IMG/VR virus record: IMGVR_UViG_3300021376_000006
From: a virus
Taxonomy: Duplodnaviria; Caudoviricetes
Strand: one strand, 5' to 3'
Length of the DNA stretch: 64,000 nucleotides
Shown here one piece after another: positions 1-9,771 of this stretch. A model generated the notes under the pieces. That model was not told the origin of the DNA and searched no databases. It worked only from the letters and a program-made list of their open reading frames with translations. How positions within the stretch are numbered: the stretch's first letter is position 1; the number at the start of each line of letters is the position of its first letter. Position numbers and translations under genes: made by a program.

Positions 1-415
1 TAATACTCCATGTTTGTGTCGCATTGCGATTATCGTTAACACTGTTGAAACTGTAATCTAAAAAGTTACCATCAAACCATGCTCCAATTAGATCAGGTCG
101 TGGCGTAATTTGCGGACCGTTTATGTTACTTACAGCCATGCTAAAAGATCTATCTGCTACATTCCCGTTTGGATTGGTTGCTCTTACTGTAAATGTATTA
201 ACAGAAGTTTGATTTACCGAACTCAGTACTGTGGGAATTCCGCGTAATTCTCCTGTACGAGTAACATACATTCCTCCGGGCAACTGGCCACTAATAAAAC
301 TGTAAAATAACTGTTGCTCATCGCTGTCTACTGCTTCCAATTGAAAACTATAATATAAATTTTCTGGAACAGTGCCTAAATCACCTCTTGGTGTTACCCA
401 CGAAACCACGCTCAT
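1..415 (-). CDS. Virion structural protein with Ig-like repeats, 5' part only (runs off window)
   Basis: Manual translation from ATG 415: MSVVSWVTPRGDLGTVPE...SGQLPGGMYVTRTGELRGIP...FTVRATN; Ig/He_PIG-like pattern, follows tail-fibre genes. Confidence 0.6.
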   Translation of the reverse strand, partial: MSVVSWVTPRGDLGTVPENLYYSFQLEAVDSDEQQLFYSFISGQLPGGMYVTRTGELRGIPTVLSSVNQTSVNTFTVRATNPNGNVADRSFSMAVSNINGPQITPRPDLIGAWFDGNFLDYSFNSVNDNRNATQTWSI

Positions 416-416
416 A

Positions 417-2441
417 TTATATTATTACCGCTTCAATTATTTTACTGCCATTGCTGCCATTGGTAGTAAGACTTTTTGCAAACACTGCTGCACCATAGCT
501 GTTATTTTGTCCTATGCTTTGAGCAAATCCTGCTTGTTTAGATGTTACTAATAGATCACCTTTTGACACCGCACCTAACACTTGTACTGGAACTCGTCCT
601 CGCAATGCCACGGGTAAACCTGACGCTGCTGCATTCATGAGATAGGCCGGGTTACTGGAAATTACACCTGCTACACGTACATCAGCAAATGTTTCAGTAA
701 CAGTGATTTCCTGATCGCCACCAAATACCACAACAGTCCCGGGTGCATAGTTGGAATCAGCAATGTATTTTTCTGCAAGGTCGGCATATAAAGCCTGTAC
801 CGCCACACCATAAAAATTATTCCACCACGCTGTGTCGGATCCTAGGTTGTTTGTTACAGCAATGTTTGAACTTGGAACAATATTACCAGTGGCAACAATA
901 GCATATCCACCAGATCCTGCTATCCATAGATTACCAGTTGAAATTGCCACACCGCCTTGTACAACCAATTGCCCAGTAGTGGTCGACGTTGATGGCGTAT
1001 TACCATCAAATACCACATTGCCGGTTGTAGTAGTAATACTTCTACCACCGGCTCCTCCAATTTGGACTTGACCGGTAGCTACACCTAGGCCGCCTTGTAT
1101 TACTACCGCACCTGTTGTGGTACTGGTCGATTGCGTGTTACTGTCGAATTCTGTTGTGCCATCTGCGCCAATTCTTATCGTAGTTGCATTAGTGTTAAAC
1201 AATTCAGCCACTGCCGTATTGGTTGTTATTGCTGCTGCACCAGAGGTGTTGATAGCAATGTTGCCAGTATGAGTGCCGCCGGTACTATTCACTGTACCAC
1301 CAGTCATGGTGCCACTCATGTCTATGTCGAATACCCATAATTTTACAAATCTATCATTGGTAGCTGTGCCTAAAGAATAGGTGTTATTGGTATTGGGACT
1401 TATATCGTTGGTATTCAACTGTCCAGATAATGTTAGAGTGGTCAAAGTGCCTAAACTGGTTATTAATGGTTGTGCTGGCATGGTAACGTTACCAAAAATG
1501 TTACCTTGAACACCACCACCGGCAGGCACATAGATGTTGGCAGCATACAGATTGCCGCTTATACCTAGCCCTCCTGTAACAATCACTGCTCCAGTAATTG
1601 TGCTGGTAGAAGGAGTGGTACAAGCAAAAGTAGTGGTCAGCCCAACTGTGCCACCGTTGAATGAAGTTGCACTGGTCACCACCGGACTGCCATTTATATA
1701 AATGGTGTCGCCACCGGCAAAATTCATATTACCTACGTGATAACCAGTAACTGATAGGTTACCAACGTTGGCACGGGTAGCGTGCAAATTTCCAAGAATA
1801 CCAACACCGCCTTTTACTTGCAGAGCACCAGTGACATTACTTGTGGCGGCAGTAGTATTACTCAAAAGCAGTTGCCCAAATTGTACATTACCAAACGTAC
1901 CGTCTGTGATTACATTGGCAGTATCGGTGATATTGTCCATATAGACCAAACTCGCCGAACTGTTTTGCCAACCCAAAAAGGCATATCTATCTGAGGTTTT
2001 AAAGTATTGCCATTCTAAACCAATGTCTTTACCGTCATTGGTAGTATACGGTGCTGCATTGGAGTGAATCAAGATGATCGGTGCAGTAGAATTACTTGAC
2101 TGCGATGCCTGCTGTGACCCGGTTACATTTAAATTACCAACAATATTCACATTACCTACAATGTAGGCACCATTTTGACTTACGAAAAGATTACCGTTAC
2201 TGGTCACAGTGTTAGAAACTATGCTGCCGGCATTTACATATGTTGTGGCATAAACATAACTGTTAGAGTACAAATATCCACCAGTTACACTTACAGCACT
2301 TATAATTGATGATTCGGTGCCTGCAAACAATCCGCCTTGTACGAATTGAAAATTTTTGTTAACAGTGTCAAACGCGGTCCTAATTGGATTGCCTGTTCCA
2401 TCATTTGCTACTGCTCCAATATTGATTGTATTAATTGCCAT
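417..2441 (-). CDS. Tail fibre protein with gp9/gp10-like N-terminus and C-terminal intramolecular chaperone (peptidase G2/S74-like)
   Basis: N-term INIGAVANDGTGNPIRTAF; G/T/V-rich GAxxxxGG repeats; C-term YADLAEKY...VAGVISSNPAYLMN...VALRGRVPV. Confidence 0.8.
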   Translation of the reverse strand: MAINTINIGAVANDGTGNPIRTAFDTVNKNFQFVQGGLFAGTESSIISAVSVTGGYLYSNSYVYATTYVNAGSIVSNTVTSNGNLFVSQNGAYIVGNVNIVGNLNVTGSQQASQSSNSTAPIILIHSNAAPYTTNDGKDIGLEWQYFKTSDRYAFLGWQNSSASLVYMDNITDTANVITDGTFGNVQFGQLLLSNTTAATSNVTGALQVKGGVGILGNLHATRANVGNLSVTGYHVGNMNFAGGDTIYINGSPVVTSATSFNGGTVGLTTTFACTTPSTSTITGAVIVTGGLGISGNLYAANIYVPAGGGVQGNIFGNVTMPAQPLITSLGTLTTLTLSGQLNTNDISPNTNNTYSLGTATNDRFVKLWVFDIDMSGTMTGGTVNSTGGTHTGNIAINTSGAAAITTNTAVAELFNTNATTIRIGADGTTEFDSNTQSTSTTTGAVVIQGGLGVATGQVQIGGAGGRSITTTTGNVVFDGNTPSTSTTTGQLVVQGGVAISTGNLWIAGSGGYAIVATGNIVPSSNIAVTNNLGSDTAWWNNFYGVAVQALYADLAEKYIADSNYAPGTVVVFGGDQEITVTETFADVRVAGVISSNPAYLMNAAASGLPVALRGRVPVQVLGAVSKGDLLVTSKQAGFAQSIGQNNSYGAAVFAKSLTTNGSNGSKIIEAVII

Positions 2442-2458
2442 TTTTATTCCACTTGTAA

Positions 2459-4855
2459 TTAGCCACCTAAGGCTTGTAATCTAGCCGCCAATTGGTCCAA
2501 AGCCTGTTGAATGTTAGTAATTGTGCCGTTGTAATTTGCTGCATTGTTTGGTGTATAACTTGCATTACCCAGAATATTTGATTGGAACAATGCAAGTGCG
2601 CCAATATTGGCGAATAAATCCGGAACATCAGCAATTGCAGTGCTTTGTGTTGAGCCATCTATAAATGTTAGATTACAATTAAAAAGTTCAAAATTTCCGT
2701 CTTTATTGATACCAACCAACGAAGTATTAGCTACCAAGAACACATTACTGTTTGTTCTCACTATGGCGTTACCACCAATCACATTGAAATATCCATCGTA
2801 AGGAGCTTCATTTAAACCAGTATCTCCAGTTGGTGGCGCAAAATTTCCACTAAAATTACTTGAGTTTATACCTATGTTGAGATATTTGTCACTGTCGTTG
2901 CCATCATCGGCAGTGATTACAAAGTCTCCTGAGGCGCTTGATCCAGTATTAATGTTTTGTATGACCACCTGATAAATACTATCAACATTTCCTACAAACA
3001 CACCGCCCAGACCTGGGTAGTTGATAGGATTGACATTACCTACTTCAAGTGTGGATCCTATTTTGACGTTGGCATTGGCTAACAAAAACGCCGCTTGAAC
3101 ATTGCCGTTAAACACAGCACCACTAAGGTTGGCACTATTGTTGATATTGGTATTAGCGGCAATTAAATTAGCGTTTAACAAATTAATCTGAACTGCCTGA
3201 CTGGCAGCATTGCTTTGTAACGAGGAGACATTAGTATTTGTACTGCCCAAGTTGGCATCAATCAAGATTATTCTAGCATTAGCCGCAGAAATATTTGCGT
3301 CTGATGAAGCAACATTGCTGAGATACAAATTTATATTTGCATATAAATTTTGTATATCTAATGCCTGAACTGCTGCATTTGATGTCAATGTTGTGATATT
3401 CAAGTTGGCCGCTGTTAAATTTGCATTTAACAAATCTAGCTGTACAGCCTGACCGGCACTGTCAGCTGTCAAGGTTGTGATGTTGGTGTTTGCCGCCAAA
3501 ACATTTGCATTTATTACGTCAATCTGTGATGCTTGTGTGGTAGCATTTGATTGTAAAGAAATTATATTTCCTTGTTGTGCCTGAGCATTACTTTGTAAAT
3601 TATCTAATTCTAAAGCTTGGATAGAAGCATTAGCTAGTAATGAAGTTATGTTTACATTAGCTGCTGTTACATTGGCATTAATAGACGTAATTGTTGTGGA
3701 TTGAGTTGCAGCATTGGCATTAGCATAAATTTGGTACGCACCAATATTTGCGTTAATGGTATTGATAGCCACAGCCTGTGTGGCTGAATTAGCAACAAGA
3801 TCATTAATAGATGCGCCTTGAGTGGCAGCGTTGCCTAAGAGACTGTCCAAATCCAATGCTTGAGATGCTGCATTAGATTGAAGTGTAATTATGGCTGCAT
3901 TTGCAGCAGACACATTGGCATTGATAGCTGCCACACTAATGGAAGCAATTACAGCGTTGGCAGCAGTTATATTTGCTCTCAATGCATTTATTTCTACGTT
4001 GGCAGCAGCCACTCTGTTGGTATTAGTTACAATAGCGGTGTTTGCTGCAGAAACGTTGCTGTTGGTTGTGTCTATGTAAGCAGCTAATATACCAGTGTTA
4101 CTTTGTAAATTGGTTATCAGTGTAGATTTTGTACCAAGATTGGCATCAATTACCACAATGCGAGCGTTTGCGGCCATAACGTTGGCATTTATAGCATCAA
4201 CATTTGAAGTGTTTATCGCAGCTATCACCAAATTTGCCGCTGTAATGTTCGCTCTTAGTGCATTTATTTCTACGTTGGCAGCTGCCACTCTGTTGGTATT
4301 AGTTGCAATAGCCGCATTGGCAGCAGTAATATTAGCACGTAATGAATCGGTTATTGATCCTGTAACATTTGCAAGATTAGCAGATATGGCAGCATTGACA
4401 TAGGCTTTGCTGGCAGCCTCAGTGATATTGTTGACAGTGAGTGTAACATTGCCTGTTAAACCATTTACTCTAAGTACAGGAGCCACAGGCACACCCACAA
4501 CCGACACTGTAGCAATATTGCCCACAGTGACATTTGCTAGAGTAGTCACTGTTAGTAAAACATCATTTAATGGCGTTGTACCTCCCAGAACATTGCCTTG
4601 GATAACATACACATTGCCAACCGTTTGCCCGGTGCCCCGTAGCACAGGTGCTGCTGCATAACTTTCTGTGTAACGGCTAACATTAAAGGTGATTCCGCTG
4701 ACATTGCAAGCAACGTTACCGTAGGTCAAACCTTCGTTATCTACAGTGCTGTAAAGCTCATCAAAATTTTCATTAATTTTGGTGAATGCATCGCGTAACG
4801 GATCACCTGTGCCATCACTAGCAGCAGCGCCAACATCAATAACTTGTTGTACCAT
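2459..4855 (-). CDS. Long coiled-coil tail fibre protein with gp9/gp10-like N-terminus
   Basis: N-term DGTGDPLRDAFTKINENF; about 400 aa of A/N-rich heptads (ANVTAAN, LQSNAA repeats). Confidence 0.75.
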   Translation of the reverse strand: MVQQVIDVGAAASDGTGDPLRDAFTKINENFDELYSTVDNEGLTYGNVACNVSGITFNVSRYTESYAAAPVLRGTGQTVGNVYVIQGNVLGGTTPLNDVLLTVTTLANVTVGNIATVSVVGVPVAPVLRVNGLTGNVTLTVNNITEAASKAYVNAAISANLANVTGSITDSLRANITAANAAIATNTNRVAAANVEINALRANITAANLVIAAINTSNVDAINANVMAANARIVVIDANLGTKSTLITNLQSNTGILAAYIDTTNSNVSAANTAIVTNTNRVAAANVEINALRANITAANAVIASISVAAINANVSAANAAIITLQSNAASQALDLDSLLGNAATQGASINDLVANSATQAVAINTINANIGAYQIYANANAATQSTTITSINANVTAANVNITSLLANASIQALELDNLQSNAQAQQGNIISLQSNATTQASQIDVINANVLAANTNITTLTADSAGQAVQLDLLNANLTAANLNITTLTSNAAVQALDIQNLYANINLYLSNVASSDANISAANARIILIDANLGSTNTNVSSLQSNAASQAVQINLLNANLIAANTNINNSANLSGAVFNGNVQAAFLLANANVKIGSTLEVGNVNPINYPGLGGVFVGNVDSIYQVVIQNINTGSSASGDFVITADDGNDSDKYLNIGINSSNFSGNFAPPTGDTGLNEAPYDGYFNVIGGNAIVRTNSNVFLVANTSLVGINKDGNFELFNCNLTFIDGSTQSTAIADVPDLFANIGALALFQSNILGNASYTPNNAANYNGTITNIQQALDQLAARLQALGG
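3984..4311. repeat. Direct repeat inside tail fibre (two near-identical ~50-bp copies at 3984-4035 and 4260-4311)
   Basis: Both encode TNTNRVAAANVEINALRANITAAN. Confidence 0.85.
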
Positions 4856-4912
4856 AAATCATCCTATATACTAGGTATTTATGGCTTTTGTCTGGAATGG
4901 GGTTTTGGTAAT

Positions 4913-5239
4913 TTAGTAGGGTGAAAAACTACTGCCGCAACCGCAAGTGGTCTGAGCTTGAGGATTTTCTATGTTAAAGCTAGCACCCATGGCATCTTCG
5001 GTATATTTGATTCGGGCACCCTGCAAATATTGTGCGCTTATAGAATCCACAAGCAGACCTACACCACCAAATTCAAGATCAAAATCATCTTCGTTTTGTA
5101 TTTCATCAAAAGTAAATCCATACTGCATGCCTGAGCAGCCACCACCCTGTACAAATATACGCAGTTTAAGATCCGGATTGCCTTCTTCGGCAATGAGTTC
5201 TCGAAGTTTAATTACTGCACTTTCTTGTAAATCAATCAT
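4913..5239 (-). CDS. erpA: A-type Fe-S cluster insertion protein (ErpA/IscA, HesB family)
   Basis: [20 protein letters not shown] and C-terminal TCGCGSSF with three conserved Cys. Confidence 0.95.
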   Translation of the reverse strand: MIDLQESAVIKLRELIAEEGNPDLKLRIFVQGGGCSGMQYGFTFDEIQNEDDFDLEFGGVGLLVDSISAQYLQGARIKYTEDAMGASFNIENPQAQTTCGCGSSFSPY

Positions 5240-5787
5240 GCACGGTCTCCTGCATAAATTCGTCTATTGACATATTCCCAATTGATAATACGCCATATGT
5301 TTTTCAAATAACGTTTCTTATCCGTACCATAGTCAAGTACCCATGCATGTTCCCACCAATCAACCAGCAGTGCTATATCTGTGCGTATGGCATGATTTCG
5401 AATTGTTTTGATTTGACCGCTGCGGCTAAGGTAAATCCAGTTTGAGCCCTGCAGTTTCATTGCTTCCGCTTCAAAATCTTTTTTGAAGTCAGTAAAGTTT
5501 CCAAAGTGTCTGTTGATCAATGCCAAACTAGCACCGGTTGGGCTGTTGCCATTTCGCGGTGGCCGTAATTGCGGAAAGTATATATTGTGCAAATATGCGC
5601 CAGCCTCGTTAAAGCTGGCATCACCTTCGCCTTTGTTGTATCTATCAACATATCCACGTGCTAATTTTCCGTAGTGATTTTCTATAGTTGCTTTACTCTT
5701 AACCGGACTCAATGCAGTCATTGAGTAAGGAAGTTTTTTTAACTCTAGTTTTTTCTTTTCTTCAGTTAAGGAAATAAGGTCTCTCAT
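5236..5787 (-). CDS. Fe/Mn superoxide dismutase family protein
   Basis: [30 protein letters not shown]; the four metal ligands are present. Confidence 0.85.
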   Translation of the reverse strand: MRDLISLTEEKKKLELKKLPYSMTALSPVKSKATIENHYGKLARGYVDRYNKGEGDASFNEAGAYLHNIYFPQLRPPRNGNSPTGASLALINRHFGNFTDFKKDFEAEAMKLQGSNWIYLSRSGQIKTIRNHAIRTDIALLVDWWEHAWVLDYGTDKKRYLKNIWRIINWEYVNRRIYAGDRA

Positions 5788-5795
5788 TATTATAT

Positions 5796-6494
5796 TTAGT
5801 AGCCCAATCTTTTTAAAGTTTTTCCATGCATGGTATGTACCGAGTTAGCCGGCACATCGCTTAATACACAACTGTTCACATAAACAATGGCATTATCGCC
5901 AATGATGGTGTATACTGATTTCCTGGGCAACACTATACAACCAACGCCTAGTCTTACATTGTTACCAATTATTGCATTGGCAGTAGTTGTGGTTGCACCA
6001 ACAATAGTGTTGTTGCCAATTGTGGTTCTAGTACCAATATTACAATCCCAATCAATTACACTGTAATCTCCTATTTGTATATGACTAGTAAATTTTGCAT
6101 GTCCTAAAATTAGAATTCCTTTTCCCAATACAACTGTATCAAATTTATGGAAAAATTTTGCGGTAGGATGTATTAGATTGGGAACATCTACCTGTGCCTG
6201 TTCTAAGACTTTGATTCTTTCCTTTCTTAAAACACCGCCATCTAATTTGTTACCACTAAGGTCCTGTTTCCCATCCCACCAATCAGCCAAGAAAAAAGAA
6301 CAGTTCTTCCATCGATTATGGGGATCTAGTAATTCTTCTTCGCTACCTATTACTGGTACATTATCTATTGACTCGGTATTTTTAAAATAATGTTTGTCAA
6401 GAATTCCTAAAACATTATACCCTAACTCTTGGGCAGTATAGGTAATATCAGTAAGGTTTGTTCTACTACCAACTAAAATTAAGTCTTTTTTCAT
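5796..6494 (-). CDS. NeuD/PglD-like sugar O-acetyltransferase (hexapeptide repeat)
   Basis: N-term Rossmann-like LILVG...YNVLGILD; NLIHPTA; IG-x-x-x-x hexapeptide repeats. Confidence 0.75.
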   Translation of the reverse strand: MKKDLILVGSRTNLTDITYTAQELGYNVLGILDKHYFKNTESIDNVPVIGSEEELLDPHNRWKNCSFFLADWWDGKQDLSGNKLDGGVLRKERIKVLEQAQVDVPNLIHPTAKFFHKFDTVVLGKGILILGHAKFTSHIQIGDYSVIDWDCNIGTRTTIGNNTIVGATTTTANAIIGNNVRLGVGCIVLPRKSVYTIIGDNAIVYVNSCVLSDVPANSVHTMHGKTLKRLGY

Positions 6495-6709
6495 TTGTTT
6501 CGATAAACTATACGACCACGATGTAAATCGTATGGGCTCATTTCTATTTCAACTGAGTCGCCTACTGATATGCGTATATTATTTTGACGTAGCTTGCCTG
6601 CAATGGTAGCTATAATTTGATGATTGTTTTCTAATGTGACACGAAACATGGCGCTTGGCAGCAGTTCTTCTACCACGCCTGACAGCCTAATCAAATCTTC
6701 TTTACTCAC
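6491..6709 (-). CDS. infA: Translation initiation factor IF-1
   Basis: [58 protein letters not shown]. Confidence 0.97.
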   Translation of the reverse strand: MSKEDLIRLSGVVEELLPSAMFRVTLENNHQIIATIAGKLRQNNIRISVGDSVEIEMSPYDLHRGRIVYRNK

Positions 6710-6733
6710 AAAACCTCTTTATAAAGTACGTAT

Positions 6734-7222
6734 TTATTTGGCCCATTGCTCGGCATGGCATTGATGATCCCATAAATTATATCTAATGTTTTCTTTCGTA
6801 GGATTACGCGGCTTTCCTTGCTGGTCAAAATAAATTTTAATACTGTCATTAGCATTTTTGTACGGAGCATAAACTTTGTAAGGAATTCTAAAAAAGTAAT
6901 TTTTGTTAGTTTTTGGTTCATGTACCATAACACGCAGCATACCAATTTTGTGTTGAAGTCCGCCGATACAAGCGTAAGCAGATTTTCCGTAATAGGTCAC
7001 AGTCACATATTTGCTTTCAGAATTATCGTCAAAATCGCTACCTTTTTTACCTCTTTTATTCTGTTTTAATTTTTTTTTGCTTTTTCTAACAATAGCTTTT
7101 TCTGCAAGCTCGCCTACATTTATAATACCATCTTGCCAGAGAAATTGAATTGCTTCTTGCAATGAAAAGAGTTCTTTTCTAAAACTAAGAGGATATGCCA
7201 TATTGACCAGTTGTTGATTCAT
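6734..7222 (-). CDS. Hypothetical protein
   Basis: ORF in the gene-dense minus-strand run. Confidence 0.6.
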   Translation of the reverse strand: MNQQLVNMAYPLSFRKELFSLQEAIQFLWQDGIINVGELAEKAIVRKSKKKLKQNKRGKKGSDFDDNSESKYVTVTYYGKSAYACIGGLQHKIGMLRVMVHEPKTNKNYFFRIPYKVYAPYKNANDSIKIYFDQQGKPRNPTKENIRYNLWDHQCHAEQWAK

Positions 7223-7224
7223 AA

Positions 7225-7617
7225 TTATCTCCGCATAGATGAAATGTCTTTGGCTTCTTGATCGCTAAAGATAGGAACTGCATTACTTTTGTGCATGGTA
7301 CCAATACCTACAATGTTGTCGCCGGTATACTTTTGCGGCATACGAACATTGACTGCACCTTTGACACCGGTATCCAAACTGGGAATACGCGGCAGATCGG
7401 CATCACGACGTAGCGGCTTGGCTGGCACATAAGAGCTGCGACCCAGCTTGATCTTGGTCTTGGGTTCGTACTTGCTTTTGATAGCTTGCCACTCGGCCTC
7501 AAGAATTTCAGCCTGTCGCTTTTGTTCAGCAGACGCAAATTTTTTCTTGCCCTTGCGCTTGCCTGTTAAACTAAGCCAGGGACCTTCCATGTGCATACTC
7601 ATAACAACCTCATGCAA
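7225..7617 (-). CDS. Conserved phage hypothetical protein
   Basis: C-term IVGIGTMHKSNAVPIF...DISSMRR, a pattern recalled from T4-like phages. Confidence 0.7.
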   Translation of the reverse strand: MHEVVMSMHMEGPWLSLTGKRKGKKKFASAEQKRQAEILEAEWQAIKSKYEPKTKIKLGRSSYVPAKPLRRDADLPRIPSLDTGVKGAVNVRMPQKYTGDNIVGIGTMHKSNAVPIFSDQEAKDISSMRR

Positions 7618-7640
7618 GTTGACAGAATTGTATTATAACA

Positions 7641-7991
7641 CTAAATGGATTTTGCGTCAATGGGTTCAAGAATCTTGGTAATGGTTGCTTTTTCGTTAAC
7701 TATTACTATTTTGTGTCGCGGGTAATAGAGTTGAATATTTTTGGCTGCTTCGTCTTCGGTTAAACCTTGACCCAAAAACTTGTTGTTTTTACCATAAGCC
7801 AGTACCACTTTGTAGCCATTTTCTTCAATATGCTCGAATCTCAGAGCTATCACTGATTTTTCAACTGCTTCTACCATTTCAGCTTCGGCCACTGCATCAT
7901 TTATTTTGTGCTTGAGTGTTTGAACAAAAAGCCACGATTTTATCAACTGCCAAGCAAGATAAATGAAAACGATCCAGCCTAAAATTTCCAT
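7641..7991 (-). CDS. Hypothetical protein with N-terminal TM helix
   Basis: MEILGWIVFIYLAWQL. Confidence 0.65.
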   Translation of the reverse strand: MEILGWIVFIYLAWQLIKSWLFVQTLKHKINDAVAEAEMVEAVEKSVIALRFEHIEENGYKVVLAYGKNNKFLGQGLTEDEAAKNIQLYYPRHKIVIVNEKATITKILEPIDAKSI

Positions 7992-7992
7992 A

Positions 7993-8820
7993 TTAAGTCC
8001 AAAGTGATTCTCTGATTCGAATAAGACGAATCATCATTTCTTCGTCTTCCTTTTTATACTTATCCTCTATGGCCTGAGTAGCATCCAGTGCCTGCCTACT
8101 GGCTTCGCGCTCTTCGTCGGTGCGATCTTCAAAATCCAAAAAGTCACGACCTTTGTCTCTAAATTTAGCACAGTAGTCTGACCATCCACCTGCATCATGT
8201 GGATCTGGGCGATTGGGATACACTTCAGTCCACCACCGATACAGTTCAAGTATTTCTCTGGCAGTTTCTGCTTGCGGACTGGGCAAGTTACGCTCTGGAT
8301 GAACGTCGTCCAAATAGTCACGCTTGAGATTCATTTGCCACTCAAGATTGTCCAGTCCGGCTTGTGGACAACGCCAGGTGCGCCAACGCCACCAGCCAGT
8401 TGCCCAGAACGGGGGACGGTATTTCTTTCTCACTTCCGAACCTTCCCAGGCTATGTGCCACCAAGCGAGCTCCACTTCAACAAAGTCTCTAAGTTCATTA
8501 AAAAGACATGGCAGAAAACGGTTGCCAACATCACGCCACTCGCCGCGAGCAATGTCGCTTGGATGAGCAGTAAGAGCGTGGGTACAAGTGACCCAACGAT
8601 TGTTGATATAGTATTTGAGACCATAGATTTTGTCCGGTATGTAGTAAAAGAATCGTTGTAGATAGTCTAAGCCTTCTTCAGCCAGCCAGTAGCGAACAGG
8701 ATGAGCAGCTTCGGCTTGCTCACGCCATTCTCGCCAGCCGCGACTGGTTTCGGCTTTAGGGCTCGGTGTACCTCTAAGCCAATCTGCAAATGGTCCAATT
8801 GTCCAATAGTGGTTACGCAT
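7993..8820 (-). CDS. Trp-rich phage hypothetical protein
   Basis: 275-aa ORF abutting neighbours. Confidence 0.7.
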   Translation of the reverse strand: MRNHYWTIGPFADWLRGTPSPKAETSRGWREWREQAEAAHPVRYWLAEEGLDYLQRFFYYIPDKIYGLKYYINNRWVTCTHALTAHPSDIARGEWRDVGNRFLPCLFNELRDFVEVELAWWHIAWEGSEVRKKYRPPFWATGWWRWRTWRCPQAGLDNLEWQMNLKRDYLDDVHPERNLPSPQAETAREILELYRWWTEVYPNRPDPHDAGGWSDYCAKFRDKGRDFLDFEDRTDEEREASRQALDATQAIEDKYKKEDEEMMIRLIRIRESLWT

Positions 8821-9169
8821 CTTTTTTCTTTCGTTCGTTTCTAAAAGTTTCTACATCTATTATAGCATGTTCGAGAGTTTTTGCATAGTTCAATGCCTGT
8901 TGTCTGGACATAATAATACTTGCTTCGTATTCAACGTACCCTTGAGTTAGCAATGTCCAAATTTTTTGCCAACGGTTCATGCTCCACCATTTTGACTTTA
9001 CAGTTGTAAAAGTAGACACAGTGATGTTCACATCATCGGCTTCAACCCAAACATCATGGTTGTGTTCGTTTGATCCACAATCACAAGCGATCCTATACAC
9101 TTTTGAGTCGCCCCAATCGCTGATCCGCATTATGCCTTCGGCTGGTTGTTCAGGTTTCAATGATTTCAT
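8813..9169 (-). CDS. Hypothetical protein (CxC...H, possible Zn ribbon)
   Basis: YRIACDCGSNEHNH. Confidence 0.65.
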   Translation of the reverse strand: MKSLKPEQPAEGIMRISDWGDSKVYRIACDCGSNEHNHDVWVEADDVNITVSTFTTVKSKWWSMNRWQKIWTLLTQGYVEYEASIIMSRQQALNYAKTLEHAIIDVETFRNERKKKDA

Positions 9170-9365
9170 CGCCGAAATAATCCAGTGCTGACAATTTGTC
9201 TTCGTATTCGGCTATATGGCCAATTTCTGCTTCCATGGCCGCCATCCAATCTGTGTGATCATGTATGGCAATTGGATTGTTCAACATGATCTCCACATTC
9301 ATACGATGCTTTTCAATTTGGCTAGCAAAATGTGCTCTAGCTGCTGATAATAACTGTTCTCTCAT
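9150..9365 (-). CDS. Hypothetical protein (start reassigned to MREQLL)
   Basis: GGAGA RBS precedes ATG at 9365. Confidence 0.65.
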   Translation of the reverse strand: MREQLLSAARAHFASQIEKHRMNVEIMLNNPIAIHDHTDWMAAMEAEIGHIAEYEDKLSALDYFGDEIIET

Positions 9366-9528
9366 TTTAAGATCTCCAAAATTAGTATAAAACTTGGTAA
9401 TGTAAAACACAAGGCCAAGGCCCAAAACATACTGCTACGATACCAAGGAACATACTTGATATTTAACACTTGACAGATTTCCTGTTCTGTCATCTTGCTG
9501 ACATCGATATAATGCACTTTTCGTTCGT

Positions 9529-9771
9529 TCATTGTTCAACAACTCCGAAATGTTCTAGTACGGAAATGGCATAATGCGTAGGCGTTTGATTGATGTCCGG
9601 CGGAACTCGTCGTTCAATGGCATCATCATACATTACTTTGACACATTCTCTGACAATCAACTCGGCGAACTTTTCCAGTTTCTCGGGAGTAAATTCATAT
9701 ATCTGTGGATCACCACTGGCATGCCAGATGTAGCCTGTTTGTTTGGCAAGTTCTTGGATTCGTTCGTTCAT
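9529..9771 (-). CDS. Small phage protein, RIxEL...FAELIVxEC...HFGV family
   Basis: Shares motifs with 40260, 41250, 42114 ORFs. Confidence 0.7.
   Translation of the reverse strand: MNERIQELAKQTGYIWHASGDPQIYEFTPEKLEKFAELIVRECVKVMYDDAIERRVPPDINQTPTHYAISVLEHFGVVEQ

Noticed and set aside
832-4661. Plus-strand ORFs antisense to tail-fibre genes (and similar shadows over pstS, fdh, ligase and others)
   Set aside because: Shadow frames of well-supported minus-strand genes, arising from codon bias.
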